64,000 nt of DNA, taken from the NCBI RefSeq assembly GCF_006345805.1, contig NC_043003.1:85498001-85562000 (forward strand). The letters run 5' to 3'. The notes below the pieces were generated by a model, which had not been told where the DNA came from, did no database searches, and worked only from the letters and a program-made list of their open reading frames with translations. The number at the start of each line of letters is the position of its first letter. Position 1 is the first letter of the stretch. Both the position numbers and the translations under genes were made by a program. Shown in pieces: positions 63,883 to 64,000 of the stretch. This DNA is from Octopus sinensis. Taxonomy: Eukaryota.

Positions 63883-64000
63883 AATGTCTATTGACTTTAT
63901 CCTACATAATATATTAGAGTTAATGTATATAGTACATACCCGTTACAGTGTTTATCCAAAACACCTGATCGTAGTATGTGCGTGTATATATTACCTAGTA

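Overview
Eukaryotic, AT-rich, repeat-dense genomic DNA. It is most likely from an octopus or another coleoid cephalopod; this is inferred from the SINE/RTE-LINE repertoire, the (TA)n/(CA)n load and the [10 protein letters not shown]-type tandem C2H2 genes. There are four host protein-coding loci. (1) A 4-exon FAM32A orthologue (13185-24710, +, 111 aa) that the ORF track misses. (2) An intronless 329-aa orphan ORF (32138-33127, +) whose hydrophobic periodicity suggests tandem death-fold domains (DD then CARD-like). (3, 4) Two convergent single-coding-exon C2H2 zinc-finger genes (8 and 11 fingers) that share an N-terminal peptide. The rest is mostly transposon debris: RTE, CR1-like, CRE-like and Penelope-like retroelements, two tRNA-derived SINE families, Tc1/mariner/maT fragments, two Helitrons and several MITEs. 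The most notable non-obvious items are the orphan ORF sitting centrally between a ~0.65-kb inverted duplication, a cluster of minimal hammerhead-ribozyme-like motifs in short elements nested in (TA)n (one pair inverted inside a ~230-bp palindrome), a GG-terminated MITE with an exact 8-bp TSD whose relatives recur near putative promoters, and a SINE tetramer bounded by one 17-bp direct repeat. All family assignments are by-eye motif recognition; no database search was run, and most TE boundaries are approximate.
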